DNA of 64,000 bases from Callorhinchus milii (GCF_018977255.1 NW_024704742.1:80478001-80542000), one strand, 5' to 3'; shown: positions 1 to 12,624, counted from the first letter of the stretch. Numbers and translations are program-made. Notes: generated from the letters alone by a model not told the origin.

Positions 1-633
1 TACAATTTACACCTTTTTCAAATAATAAAGAAAGACATCAGACTAATTTAAAATTGCTTTGTGGTTTCCCAGATGTGTTTATCGAGATGAATAAGAGAGC
101 GCTGGAGTTTACCGATAACATTCTTTGAGTAGGAGAGAATATATTACCAGGATAGTGATTTAAGATATTAATTATTTCAATGGTTAAGAAATTTAAACAG
201 AGTTTCAGAATAGTGTAATTACCTGAAAGAAAATATTGCACGGTTCAACATTAAAGGGGTTGAAAGCTTTATTAAATGGTATCCCTTGAGCCCTCTTTAA
301 TTTGCAGGTTGAGATCCACGGCAGTAACAAGGTAACAATCGTATAATAATACTATCTTTCTCAACCTCAGACATGAACCACACAGATAAGCAATGCTCTT
401 TTGACATCACTAGCCTGTAGGTGTCAGCTCAGTTGATCCATAGCCAGAAAAACATGAGGGCAAGTAATGCCAGGGTAAAGAAGAGAAAATAAACTTTGAG
501 ACGTGGTGAAAAGCACCTCTGGAGCTAATATAATTTGCATTCATGCACCTTTGCTGAGGGTAGGACTGCAGTTGGTGGTAGTGCTGTTATATAAACCCGG
601 TTTAAATCACCTGAAGTTGCATTGTGGTGATAT

Positions 634-990
634 GAGTCCTGTAGCATATTGGTTAAAGCATTCAACTCAAGTGAGATGATTGGGGTTCAATTCCTGGGCA
701 GGACAAACCTTAGGCAAGTTTCCTTACTCCACACAGCTGTCTACCAGCAGTATGTAGGAACTAAATTCTTAGTCGATTGGCGGATTACTTTCTGGGAGTG
801 ATAATCCCTTCAATAAATAATAATAATGTGTTCACTTAATCTATGACTGTTTGTGGGACACTGCTGTGCGCAATTGGCTGCCGCATTTTGCCCACAAAAT
901 ATATAGCAGCTTTACAATATATGCTGTGAAGCACTTTGAGATATCTGAACGACGTGATTAGGCACTATATCAAATGTAAAGATTATTATT
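634..990 (+). mobile_element. tRNA-derived SINE, long form (older copy)
   Basis: GAGTCCTGTAGC head, CCTTAGGCAAGTTTCCTTACTCCACAC, internal long-form segment, TGTGGGACACTGCTGTGCGCAATTGGCTGCC body, (ATT)n tail. Confidence 0.9.
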
Positions 991-1353
991 GTTATTTATA
1001 TTTTTATTATCCGTTTATAATGCAACTATCAACAAATTTTCCTAAAGCAGGATAAAGAGACTTTAGGACATAGTAGTAATTACCTCTGCAGTTAACAGTA
1101 TAACTTCATTAATATTACTGTCAAGGGAGTTTCTCATGGGATTCCGGTGTCCTTGCCAACAATTCTCCAAATAAAATTGATCATTCATATTATAGCTATT
1201 TGTGGGACATTGGTGTGTCAAATTGGTTGCTGCATTTGCCCACAAAATACACAGTCATTACATTTTACAGTGAATCATATGAAGTGCTTTAGGACTTCCT
1301 TTCAATATTTTAAATACAAGAATTTTTTGTTTTACTGATCCATTAAAATCTAC

Positions 1354-1487
1354 CAGATAGAAGTGTTTTGCACATAAAGCACTGGTGCTTTCAATGGATT
1401 CTTCATCCCACTCTGTTACACTTCCTTGAGTTTGTTCTTCCTTCTCATCAATGACTTTATGCCTACTTTCACTGTTAGGCAATGTAT
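1354..1487 (-). CDS. Candidate coding exon of an unidentified gene (xTLPNSESRHKVIDEKEEQTQGSVTEWDEESIESTSALCAKHFYL)
   Basis: Minus strand ttttcgcag acceptor and CTG|gtagat donor; only one frame is open; no repeat similarity seen; no homology recognised. Confidence 0.3.
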
Positions 1488-1792
1488 CTGCGAAAATATT
1501 TCTTCATTATCACAGCACTGTTCTGACTATCTGGAAAGTAATTTCATTTCCACCATCTCATTTCAAGCATGCTCTGTCTTCCATAATGAAGCTTGAATCA
1601 GTTTGAGTAGGCCCTTTGTTGTTATATCAGGTTTCTTTCAATTGCACATCTAGCGGTACACACATGTACGATAGGGATAAAAAGAAAGTCTGGAATAAAA
1701 CAAAAACATGCTGAAATATAGAGCGTACAGAGACTGAAAGAGAATGAATGATAAGAGACACACACGAAGATCAGTTAACATTTCAATTGAAT

Positions 1793-2255
1793 TCATATCA
1801 TAGAATCATAGAATTTTACAGCACAGAAGGATGCCATTCGGTCCACCATGTCTGTGCTAGCTCTTTGATAGAGCTACCAACCAGTCCACTCCCACATTCT
1901 TACCCGATAGCCCTGCAATTTTTTTGCTTTTTAAGCACCTATCCAATTCCCTTTTGAAAGCTATTATCAAATCTGCTTCCACCACCCTTTCAGGCAGTGC
2001 GTTCCAGACCGTAACAACTCTCTGGGTAAAATAAATTCTCCTCGTCAGCCCTGTGGTTCTTTTGCCAATTATCTTAAATCTGTGTCCTCTGGTTATCGAC
2101 CCACCCACCAGAGAAACAGTTTCTCCCTATCTTCACTATCAAAACCCCTCATAATTTTGAAAACTTTTGCTAAATCTCCCCTCAACCTTCTCTGCTCTCC
2201 CTCCACATAATTGGAGTCCCTCATCCCTGTATCATTTTTGTAAATCTCCTCTGCA
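1793..2255 (-). mobile_element. CR1 LINE 3' fragment
   Basis: ORF 1857-2108 TRGHRFK...FTQRVVTVWNALPERVVEA...FKRELD is the CR1 ORF2 C-terminus; CATAGAAT repeat tail. Confidence 0.9.
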
Positions 2256-2617
2256 TTTATATACTTTCACATCAAAATGATTCATTTCAGAACTACAGAA
2301 GCTTTAGGAGAGATTCAGATCAATCTAATGATGATTTTCAATGCAATCCTGCAAATATATCCTTAACAAAGAAAGCATAAAATCAAATATATAGCAAAAA
2401 TGTCAACAGTCTGTCAAAAACTGACTCATGATGCTTCCTCCTGGAGTGCCAGTCATGGTATATTTTCATTCATGAAACAAATATCTTCTTGTTCATTGGG
2501 TGCTTGCAGAATTCTTGTTCCAGTTAAAGCCAGAGAATACTGAAAATGGACACCAATTAAATTCGCAGCCAACTTGGAAACAGCCTAACATTCTAGAGAT
2601 CATTGTTGATACTGTAA

Positions 2618-2930
2618 AGTCCTGTAGCTCAGTGGTTAGAGCACTCGCTTTGCAAGCGAGAGACCTGAGTTCAATTCCAGGCAGGGCGAAACCGTGGGCA
2701 AGTTTCCTTACTCCACACGCCTAATAATAATCCCTCCAAAACCAAAAACAATAATAAATTGGTCATTTTCAATCTACGACTGTTTGTGGGACATTGCTGT
2801 GCGCAATTGGCTGCCGCGTTCGCCCACAAATATACAGTCAATTCACTTTACAATGTGTTCTGTGAAGCGCTTTGGGACGTCCTTCTGACGTGAAAAGCGC
2901 TATATCAAATGCAAGGATTATTATTTATTA
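2618..2930 (+). mobile_element. tRNA-derived SINE, short young form, full length
   Basis: A box TAGCTCAGTGG, B box GAGTTCAATTCC, near-identical to copies at 25130, 43318, 59031 and 60164; L2-like 3' stem-loop and (ATT)n tail. Confidence 0.95.
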
Positions 2931-3191
2931 TACCCTTTAAGAAGTAATGACCAATTAACTGGTAATCAATGAAAGGGGATCAGGAAGTATAAAGCAGGAT
3001 GCAGGGGGGATCCAACAATGAAGTGTGTTGTTGTAGTGTTTTGAAAGCCCAGAATAAAGTGATGATTGCTACATTTTAGTTGTGAGAAAATAACAACCAT
3101 AACATGGGACAACATTTATTTATAAAGCCAAGGATCCCATATGCTTTTTTAACTTATCTCAAAGCGTTTGAAAAAGTTGTTAGAGAGATAG

Positions 3192-3856
3192 AAACAATAA
3201 CAAAATTACATTTAATAGAGCGCCTTTCACATCGCGAGGACATACCAAAGCGCTAAACAGTCAGATGGCGGAGCCTGAGAAGGGGGAGGAGTGGTGTAGG
3301 GGTGAGGAGAGGCAGAGAGGTGGAGGGCAATCAAAGGCACGATCGAAGAGAAGAGTCTTGAGAAGGCCTTAAAGGAGGCAAGGGAGGAAGCGAGGGGAAG
3401 GGACTGTGGGATGGAGTTCCAGAGTGTGGGGGCAGAGAGGCTGAAAGCCTGGCCACCGATGGTAGAGTCGGGCGGGAGACATGGAGCAGACCGGAGCCCG
3501 CTGAACGGAGGGAGCGGGCAGGTTGGTAGGGAGTCAGCAGATCAGAGAGGTAGGAGGGGGCAAGGCCATGGATGGGCTTGAAAGTGAGGACGAGGATCTT
3601 GAACTCGATCCTCTGGGGGATGGGGAGCCAGTGGAGTTGGGCAAGTGTGGGAGTGATGGGGTTGCGGAGCCTGGTGCGTGAGAGTACACGAGCTCCAGAG
3701 TTTTGGATGATCTGCAGCTTGTGAAGGGAAGGGTTGGAAAGGCCGATGAGGAGGGAGTTCCTGTAATTGAGCCTTGAAGTAACGAATGCGTGGGTGAGGG
3801 TTTCGGCAGCCTGAGTGAGGCAGTGGCGGAGTCTGGCAATGTTGCAGAGGTGGCAA
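3192..3856 (-). mobile_element. L2 LINE 3' fragment
   Basis: Clearly homologous to the L2 copies at 5540 and 16276; TTG-like tail. Confidence 0.9.
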
Positions 3857-5539
3857 ACCTCAGGATGACAGGGATGAAAAGGTGCTTTCTTGGTAATGGT
3901 AGTTATCAGCTGGTGGAAAACACCTTCAGCAATGTAAACTGTTTTCTGCAGATTATTATCTGTATGTTACTGCAACTTGTGAGACTTTAGCTCTGATGTC
4001 CAAAACAACGAAAAGATGTTCTCTCTTCCTCTCAGCACTGAATTATTTTGGGTCACAACCCCAGAAGCATTTGATAGCTTCCAGTACTATGCCCAGTGGA
4101 CCATTCTTGAAGTGTGAACTGTCAGTGTAGTCTTTGAGGTCAGTAATGTGGAGAGACTGGCTAAGATTGTCCAATGTAGACATTAAAAAAAAGTAAATAC
4201 AAGAATATGCAGAGTTGAATTTTAAGGGGTAATGTGGTTATTATATCCTGCAGGAGGCCTTTTAATAGTTTACCTAAATGGATGAATTCATCCAAAGAAC
4301 AGATTATTTGAATTTGGCAATAGAATGCCGTTCTTGGATACTAATCTTGAATATTGGAGGATGGGTTTTGAGGTAATTTTTGACAGAAAAAGATATATAT
4401 GTACAAAGAACTGAGAATTTATCTTATAATGCACCTCACTAATTGTATAATAATAGTAATAACAATAATAATCCTTACATTTGGTATCAGCCTTTAATGT
4501 CGGAAGAATGGCGTAAAGAGCTTCACAAGTATATTGTAAAGCTTTGTGTTTTGTGGCTGAACACAGTATTCAATTTGTTCACAGCGGTATCCCACAAACA
4601 GCAAAAAGATAGAAATATGAAAAATCTGAAACACAGAATGAATGTTGTGAAGGCTTACTGAAGAATATGGTGGCCGAGGTAATAACTGTGACATAAGAAC
4701 CAAATAAAATATTTAAATACAAAATCATTTTGTTCATGGCTAGATTGGTTATCGATGAAAAAGAACATTTTCCTTTACAGCATGATGCTATATCATATAC
4801 AACATTTATTATTAATATTTTAGTATTATTTTTGGCCAAAATATTTTTAGGGCTTGATTTTTTTNAGGCTTGTCGAGGTTACACAATGTGAACTATATGG
4901 AGAAAAACACAGTATAAAGCTATATCTCTCGGTATGCCCCAATCTTACATATATTATTTCCTCTCTTTGCTAGATTCCAGACTGTGACATTTATCCAATG
5001 TAACAAACTGAAGAATCACAATCTTATGACATAATTTGGTGATTAAGCTTCCCATTTACGTGCAGATTTGTAATGGGGACAGATCTCATTACCTGTAGGA
5101 AACTGTTTCTCATGCTGTCACAGTGCTTAGGGCTCACAAGAGAGGGTTAGGCCACCCTTCAGATCCTTTCATCTCATTATTTCCAGAATGAATAAATACT
5201 TGCATTTGATGTAGCGCCTTATCACATTGTTGAAATGTTTCAAAGCACTTCACAGGACTTCATTGTAACGTGTATGAATCAGAGAGAAACGTATTAAGAG
5301 AAATAGGAGAGGGGATTAGGAGTCTCATAGGAAGTATGAACACTGACAAAGACAGGTTGGCCCTGTTTCTGTGCTGTAATGTTGTGTGATAACTGTGTAT
5401 TTGTAGGAGAATATCCACTTTGCCATCTTCACATTGTAGCTTCAATCTGTTTCTTTAAGTCAATCCTGTTTGCTGCCCTCTATAACCTTTCCAGGTAAAC
5501 TACTGCATCATTACTTCCTGTTTACTGTTCTGAAATTGC

Positions 5540-6222
5540 ACTTCATGACCCGCTCTGCCTTCCCTCACCTCTGTAACATCGCCCGACTCCGCCACTACCT
5601 CAACCCTCAGGCCGCTGAAACTCTTGTTCATGCCTTCATCACTTCCAGGTTCGACTATGCAAACGCCCTGCTTGTCGGCCTTCCCAACTCCTCCCTCCAC
5701 AGACTGGAGATAGTCCAGAACTCTGCAGCCCATGTCCTCTCCCGCACCAAACTCCTTGACCCCATCTCCCCCACTCTCGCCCAACTCCATTGGCTCCCTA
5801 TCCTTCAGAGGATCCAGTTCAAAATCCTGGTCCTCACCAACAAAGCCCTCCATGGCCTCGCCTCACCCTGCCTCTGCGACCTCCTAAGCCCCTACCAACC
5901 CGCCCGCTCCCTCCACTCAGCTGTTTCTGGCCTGCTTCACGCCCCCCGACCCACCCGCCCCACCATTGACAGGAGAGCCTTCAGCCACTCTGCCCCCAAC
6001 CTCTGGAATTCCATCACTCCGCCTCGCCCCCTCCTTAGCCTCCTTCAAGTCCCGTCTCAATACCCTCCTCTTCGACCATGCCATCGGCCACCCCATTTCC
6101 CCTCCCTCCCTTCTCCCCCTGACCCCAGCTCGGGTCTTAAATGGTGTACTCTGTCCAGCGCCTTGGGACGTCCTCCCGACGTGAAAGGCGCTATACAAAT
6201 GTAATCTTGTTGTTGTTGTTGT
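5540..6222 (+). mobile_element. L2 LINE 3' fragment with intact tail
   Basis: ORF NIARLRHYL...LVHAFITSRFDYAN...LHWLPI.QRI.FKIL is the L2 ORF2 C-terminus; 3' stem-loop and (TTG)n tail. Confidence 0.95.
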
Positions 6223-7244
6223 TCATAACCCTGAACCTGCATCCACTTGTCCTACCGCCTTACCATATCCAAACATATTGTTGTGGGTTTAATGTTTCTA
6301 TCCCATTTAGAATCCTTTATACTTCTATAAATTCCACTCCGAGAAACTTCTTTTAAAGGTTGAAAATCTCTCCATCCTACTCGCTCATCTCTCTAACACT
6401 GGGGATCAGTGTTGGTGGTCTCTTGTGAATTACCTCTGGAGTCCATTCCCTTATTACCTGTAAAAGCAGCACAGTGATTTGGAAACTGAGTTCCAATATT
6501 TCTTTTCCAGAAGCTTTGAATGTAGAAGGATCATTTTGTCAGTTTTAATTAGAGTACAAAAGCAACCAACAATAATTAGTAATAATCCTTGCATTTATAT
6601 AGTGCCTTATCACATGGCTGAGATGTCTCAAAGATGTCTCAAAAATAAATCTAGATACTGTTTCCATAGTGGACCACCAGAGCTAGACAAGTACCACACA
6701 GATGGCGAAAGATATAGTTTATAAATCAATAGTTTATTTATGCAAGAGAAAACCCTCAGTACCTTCCAGTACCCTTAGCAGTGTCTACCAACATCCGTTC
6801 CCTCTAGCAAACCCAGGGTCTACCAATACCCAGTATCACTAACAAATCCATATGCACAAGGACATATGGGACAGCTGTCAGTCCTGTATCCCCATACCTA
6901 TAGCACCTTCTCTACATCTAATTCCCCTTTTAACCACTTTACTGTCTAGGCCACACTTGTAGACATGGCAAGGCATTCTATATTTTAAATGATCTCTGCA
7001 TAAAATACTTGAATTTAGGTCTTCTAGTTATCAATTCACTAAACTGCAGAAATAATAGTTCACAGTTTATCCTCTCACAATATTTTAGAGTCTTTTATAC
7101 CTAGGGCAAAATAACAAATTCAAATTAGTTTTCTCGTTTCAAAATGCAAAGAGATAAATGAATGCTTTAATGTTGAAATTCAATTCAGTATATAATTAAA
7201 TAGGAGAAACTGAAGGCCAACAAGTCAGAGGTGATTTCTGTACT

Positions 7245-7331
7245 ATCAATTAGATCCCAGTGTATCATTATGTTATATTTCCTTTGAATAAAAAAAGGAA
7301 ATATAACACAGTGGACTGGGATCTAATTGAT
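7245..7331. repeat. 87-bp inverted repeat / hairpin
   Basis: ATCAATTAGATCCCAGT pairs with ACTGGGATCTAATTGAT (17 bp); TGTTATATTTCCTTT pairs with AAAGGAAATATAACA (15 bp). Confidence 0.9.
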
Positions 7332-8094
7332 GGTCTTTGAAATGGGATTCTTTAGGAAGGAAAATAAATGGTGTAAATGGGGTCTCCTTTCAGTAATTGG
7401 AAGTCACACTGATCACAGACACTCTCAAGCAATATATTTTTGCTGTGAGGATCACATAGGTTAATGGAAATTTTAACAAGATTCATTAATAAAGAATACC
7501 TTTAAGAAATACCGCAATTTAGACGGCCCAGTATAATATTTCACCATTGTGCCACTTATATTTGATGCTAGATCATTAATGCTTTTGTGCATAAGCCATT
7601 TGGTAATTAATCTATGTAAGATTACTTCTGCCATTGAATGTTTACTTTTGTATTCCCATTTCTTCCCAAACTGATCTGTCTATCTAATATAGATGAATGC
7701 AGAGGAAAGTTTTAAGTGTCCTTTAATGTTCACTGCAGAAACGTTTTTTCTCCCTATGCCCCTGTTTGCCTTGCCTTACTGTTATTGTTACTTACCTTTG
7801 TGATATGTTTACTAGCCCCTTTGATATTGCAAATAATGACTGTCTACATAATGATTTAACATTATGTAAAAGTAAAAGAATACTGCTCTTATATTATCTT
7901 GCATTGAAGTTTATCATTGACTATCTAAATAAAATATTATTCCTCAGTAAAGTACTATTTCTGAGATTGCTATTAGTCTGGCTCATTTGGTAGCACTGTC
8001 AGCTCTGAGTCAGAAGGTTGTGAATTTAAGTCTCAGATATGGATTTTGAATTCATATAATCTAGATTGATACTCCAATGCGGTGCTAGGATTTT

Positions 8095-8290
8095 GGCCAA
8101 TCTATGCCTAGTACCCTCAGAAATTAGGTAAGCAGGGTGTGTCCCTCCAGAGAGAGAGTGTACATTTCATTCCAGACAAATGGGAAATTTCCATGTGCAG
8201 GTGGCATACATATGTAGAAATCTCACTCTTATTTGAATAAGCGTGGAGATGGGTTTCCACATAATGTTAGTAGAAACAAAATAATCACAT
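8095..8290 (+). repeat. Unclassified interspersed repeat family X, copy 1
   Basis: Shares GTGGCATACATATGTAGAA and TCCCTCCAG motifs with copies at 12.6, 15.4, 38.8, 41.3 and 58.3 kb; strand assigned by the putative A-rich 3' end. Confidence 0.7.
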
Positions 8291-8839
8291 AATTTCAATG
8301 TAAAACTCCCTTTGGTTTGACACAAAAAAAATTGCATCTTCAAGTGCAAGTTGTTGAAAGAATTTACAGAAAATCGATTTCAAAATCGAGACATTATTTT
8401 AGAATTTGCAAAATACTGGATGATCTAACATGCTACAAAAATTGAGTAAATGTTGACTTAGGTAGAACTTCCTTCCACTGCTCCAATCTGCAGCAAAACA
8501 CAATTCTCCGAAAAACAGTTCTCTCAAAATCCAGAATTTTCAATGACATTATCTTAAAGGGTAACTTTTGAAATCAATCATGTTTTGACTGTGCATCCTT
8601 ATATTTGATAAAGTGTTTTTCATGTCAGGACGACATCTCAAAGCGCCTCACAAGATATACTATAAAATGCAATGACTTTGTATTTTCTGGGACAAATGCT
8701 TACAGACACAGTGATTTTTTTGTGTTTGAAGCAATCAACCTGCTTCAACCATCTCTGTAGGGAGCATGTTCCATAGGTTTACTTACAACATGGTCCTTTG
8801 ATGTCTCTTCATATCTGTGGATGTGCACCACACAAGGGT

Positions 8840-9083
8840 GGGCGAAACCTTGGGCAAGTTTACTTACTCCACACGCCTAATAATGACCCCTCCAAAACAA
8901 TAATAAATTGGTCATTTTCAATTCACGACTGTTTGTGGGACACTGCTGTGCGCAATTTGCTTCTGCGTTTTGCCCACAAATATATGGTCATTTCACTTTA
9001 CAGCATATTCTGTGAAGCGCTTTGAGACGTCTAGAAGACGTGAAAAGTGCTGTATCAAATGCAAGGATTATTATTGTTATTAT
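8840..9083 (+). mobile_element. Short-form SINE, 5'-truncated
   Basis: Begins at GGGCGAAACCTTGGGCAAG; body and tail as in 2618-2930. Confidence 0.9.
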
Positions 9084-9094
9084 TCACTACCAAA

Positions 9095-10540
9095 ATAGTG
9101 TTTCTGTAGATTCGTTCTGAATTTACTTCTCTTCAATCGCAGACCGTGTCCTCTGGTTTTATATCCTGGTCTAGTTGAAACAGCCTGTCATGATCTATAT
9201 TGTCTATATTGTCTAGCTCCTTTAGAATCTGAAAGACATCAGTCATATTACCTCTCAATCTTTCCAGTGTGAACATGCCTAATTTACTGATAGTCCAGTC
9301 CAGTCCAATCAGAGCCCAGTCTCTCAATCAATCTGGTTGCCGTCCTCTATATCTATATCTTCTCAATATCTCCAATAAACTTTTCATACTGTGGTGACCA
9401 GAGCTGTACACAATACTCTAAGTAAGGTCTCACCAATGATTTACATAGTGGCAGGATTACCCCACTATTTTGGCTTAGTATTGATCTTTTGATAAATCCC
9501 AACATCTGGTTTGCTTTACTCATTGCCACGGAGCATTGTTGCAAGAGTTTCAATTGATTGTCAATCAGAATTCCCGGGTCCTTTTCATTTTCCATACATA
9601 TTGATTTCCTTCCGTTCACATTAGATAATAATGTGAAGTACTTTATATTTCTCCATGTTGAATTTCACCTGCCACCATGTTGCTCAATTCCCAAGTATGT
9701 TCAAATCCTCCTGTAACCTATCTTGATAAGTTTTGCAATCTACCACCTTCATTAGCTTGGTATAAATTCGCCCACAAATATACAGTCAGTATACTCTGTG
9801 AAGCGCTTTGAGAAGACGTGAACAAGTGCTATATCAAATGCAAAGATTATTATTATTATTATAATCTGTCATCTGCCGCTCTGCTTGCGACTCTTAGTTC
9901 CAGATCATTTATACAAATATTAAACAAAAGTGATCCCAAAACAGACCCTTGTGGAAACTCCACTGGTAACATTTTCCCAATCTGATGACATTCCCTGCAC
10001 CACCATTCTCTGGGATCTTCCAGTCAAGCAGTTACGTATCACTGTAATATACTTCCACTGATTCCCGCTTCCTTTAATTTCAGTATCAGCCTCTCAAGAG
10101 GAACTGTACCAAAGGCCTTACTGAAATCCAGATATACAACATCCACAACTTACCCTTATCAAGCTCCCTTAGTCACACCGTCAATGAAAATCAGTAAATT
10201 AGATTGTTAAGACCGTCGCTTCATGAACCCATATTGACTACCATTTATGATATTTTTCTGTCCAAGTTCTCCATGATTTATGTTTAATATGTGTCTCCAT
10301 AATCTTACCCGCAATGGACATCAAACTTACTTGTCTATAGTTTCCTGGGTTACTTTTGTTACATTCTTAAAAATAGGAGTAACATCTGCCTTTTTCCAGT
10401 GCCCCGTTACCTTTTTAGTATTCAGTGATTTGTGCCAGCGTTTCTGCAACTTCCTCCCTTAGTTACTTAAGGATCCTCAGATGCAATTTATCCAGCCCCT
10501 GAGATTTATTTAACTTAAGTTTGCACAACTGCTTGTGATG
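9095..10540 (-). mobile_element. Decayed CR1 LINE with a SINE 3' fragment inserted at about 9768-9862
   Basis: ORFs with KANQMLGFIKRSI, LVRPYLEYCVQLWSP and LERLRG motifs; degraded RT-region sequence. Confidence 0.85.
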
Positions 10541-10971
10541 ATATTAATAGTTTTGCAATTTTCCTCTGAGACATCCTAGAAGTTGTGTGATTAGCACTAC
10601 ATGTATCAAGATGACTGCACAATTAACAATAGGAAAAGTTCAAAATGGGATGTTTGTGGTGACACATGCAAACAACAAAATACGAAAGCTCTTAGATTGT
10701 TAATTAAAATGATTCACAAATATTTCTTGCAATTTCTCCCAACCAGTATTCTGACTGATAATCTTACAGGTACTTTTCAACAAGAACAGCAACTTGTATT
10801 TATACAATAACGACTTGCACTTATAGAGCGCTCTTCATGCAAGGTAGCATTCCGGAGCACTTAACAGTGGGCATTTAACTTTACAGGTCAGTGAGCCTAG
10901 TCTGCTTGTACTCAAACCAATTTGAAAGCGATTGAGAGGGATCACACCGCTGTTTAAATATTATGTTATTT

Positions 10972-12138
10972 ATAATAATAATAATAATCCTTGCATTTGA
11001 TATAGCACTTTTCACATCTTCTCGACGTCTCAAAGTGCTTCACAGAATAGACCGTTGTTAGATTATAGAAGTTGCCGTCTAATAATAATGAACATTAAAC
11101 AAATGTAGAATGGAGAAAGTACTGACAGTCATGGTATAGGACACATCTGGTTTTCTCTGTTTCTGAAAGAAAAACAAGACAGCTTTGGAAAAGGGCAGGG
11201 GGTCACCTCTTATCAGTAAATAACAAGAAGTCCACAGAGGTAACGATCCAAGGTACCGGTTGACATAGGATCTCGACTTAGCAATAAGTCGCTAGATTCT
11301 GGCAGGGCCTGCCGAGCGACAAAAGGCAACCCTCAAGAATAGCAACTGATGAGCAAGTTGTTTAAACTAGAGGGCCTTGGTACCACCCCGGGATACTGAT
11401 AAGAAATAACCAGTCACTTAAAAGGAATGTACTAATGATCCCACACAACAAAATAACAAGCACCAGATACAACCCTAAACTGATCAATCTCCTATCTTAG
11501 ACAGGACAAAGGGAAGACCTCGTGGAGACTCAGTCAGGTTGGCACCAAGCCAAATGATTGATTAACCTGAGTACGTGACTGTATCAGAAGTGGGTAGAGG
11601 GGCCCTAGGAAGGACACTTGGAGAAAGGGTATAACTATGGCACTCTAGGTGAGAACAATTAGAAGAACAGGAAGGCTCCAGAGAGGGAGGGAGACCAGTG
11701 TGGAGAGGTCCCTTTAAGATCACAAGGCAGGTGTTCCGTCATGTTGTGTGACTGTCTTCAAAGACTGGTAGTATAATTTGTTAGACATTTGTAGTAACTT
11801 GTTAATGCATGTTGTGTTCATTCTGTTCATAATAAACCTTGCTACACCATATTTGGATTGTCGAGTCATATTTCGAGCTACAGGATCAGAAATCCCAACA
11901 CTGTAAAGTGAATTGACAGTATCTTTGTGGGTGAAACGTGGCAGCCAATTGCGCACAGCATTGTCCCACAAACAGTCATGAATTGAAAATGACCAATTTA
12001 TTATTGTTTTGTTTTTTGGAGGGATTATTATTAGGCGTGTGGAGTAAGGAAACTTCCCAAGGTTTGGCCCTGTCTGGAAATAAACCCGGGTGTCTCACTT
12101 GCAAGGCAAGTGCTCTAATCACTGAGCTACAGGACTCC
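10972..12138 (-). mobile_element. Short-form SINE split by a solo LTR (SINE parts 10972-11055 and 11901-12138)
   Basis: Joining the two halves restores the SINE consensus CACAGAATATACTGTAAAGTG. Confidence 0.9.
11056..11900 (+). mobile_element. Solo LTR (Gypsy-like or class I ERV-like)
   Basis: TGTT...AACA termini, 4-bp target duplication CCGT/CTGT, TATAA at about 11630, AATAAA at 11831. Confidence 0.8.
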
Positions 12139-12624
12139 ACAAATTTGTCAAACTAGAGCTATACTATTTGACAAAGACCAACTGAATAAATTTAATCCCA
12201 ACTAGCAATTGCATGAAAATGGTCAATTGAGAGTTCACCTTACATGATAATGAGTTTGCTCTTTGTTCAAGTGGGCAAAGCTGTTAGTGCTGGAAATTGT
12301 TTTCAGTGCATTAATGTTCCATTATGCTGTGCTGTACTGTGGTAGAACATGGGTTCAAATCTACAATTGCTGATGCAGCAAGCTTCTGATATCAGCTGTT
12401 CTGTCAGTGGCAAAACTGATGCCTTGAGCTCCTATTGAGCTCCTATTGACTATGGAGGCAGAACACGTGTTAAACTCTTTGGTTGCTGACATGGGGAGTT
12501 TGTGATATTAGCTGTGTTGTAGTTTAATGGGATGTAGGTCCAAAAATGTTGTTGGGTTACACTTATATTGTGTTTTTCTCATGTTGTGTTTCATATCTTC
12601 TTAAGTTATGATATGAACTATAGT

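Noticed and set aside
1695..1790. Possible Penelope-type terminal remnant with a hammerhead ribozyme
   Set aside because: Only faint resemblance; no CTGATGA...GAAA core present
2618..2692. tRNA gene (anticodon-position TGC)
   Set aside because: It is the SINE head: the T-stem is mispaired and it runs into the SINE body in every copy. The parent tRNA (Ala versus Val-like) is not resolved.
4865..4865. Single N base (another at 43969)
   Set aside because: Ambiguity after a T homopolymer; sequencing artefact
6659..6917. Possible second solo LTR (TG...CA, minus-strand AATAAA)
   Set aside because: No target duplication and arbitrary boundaries
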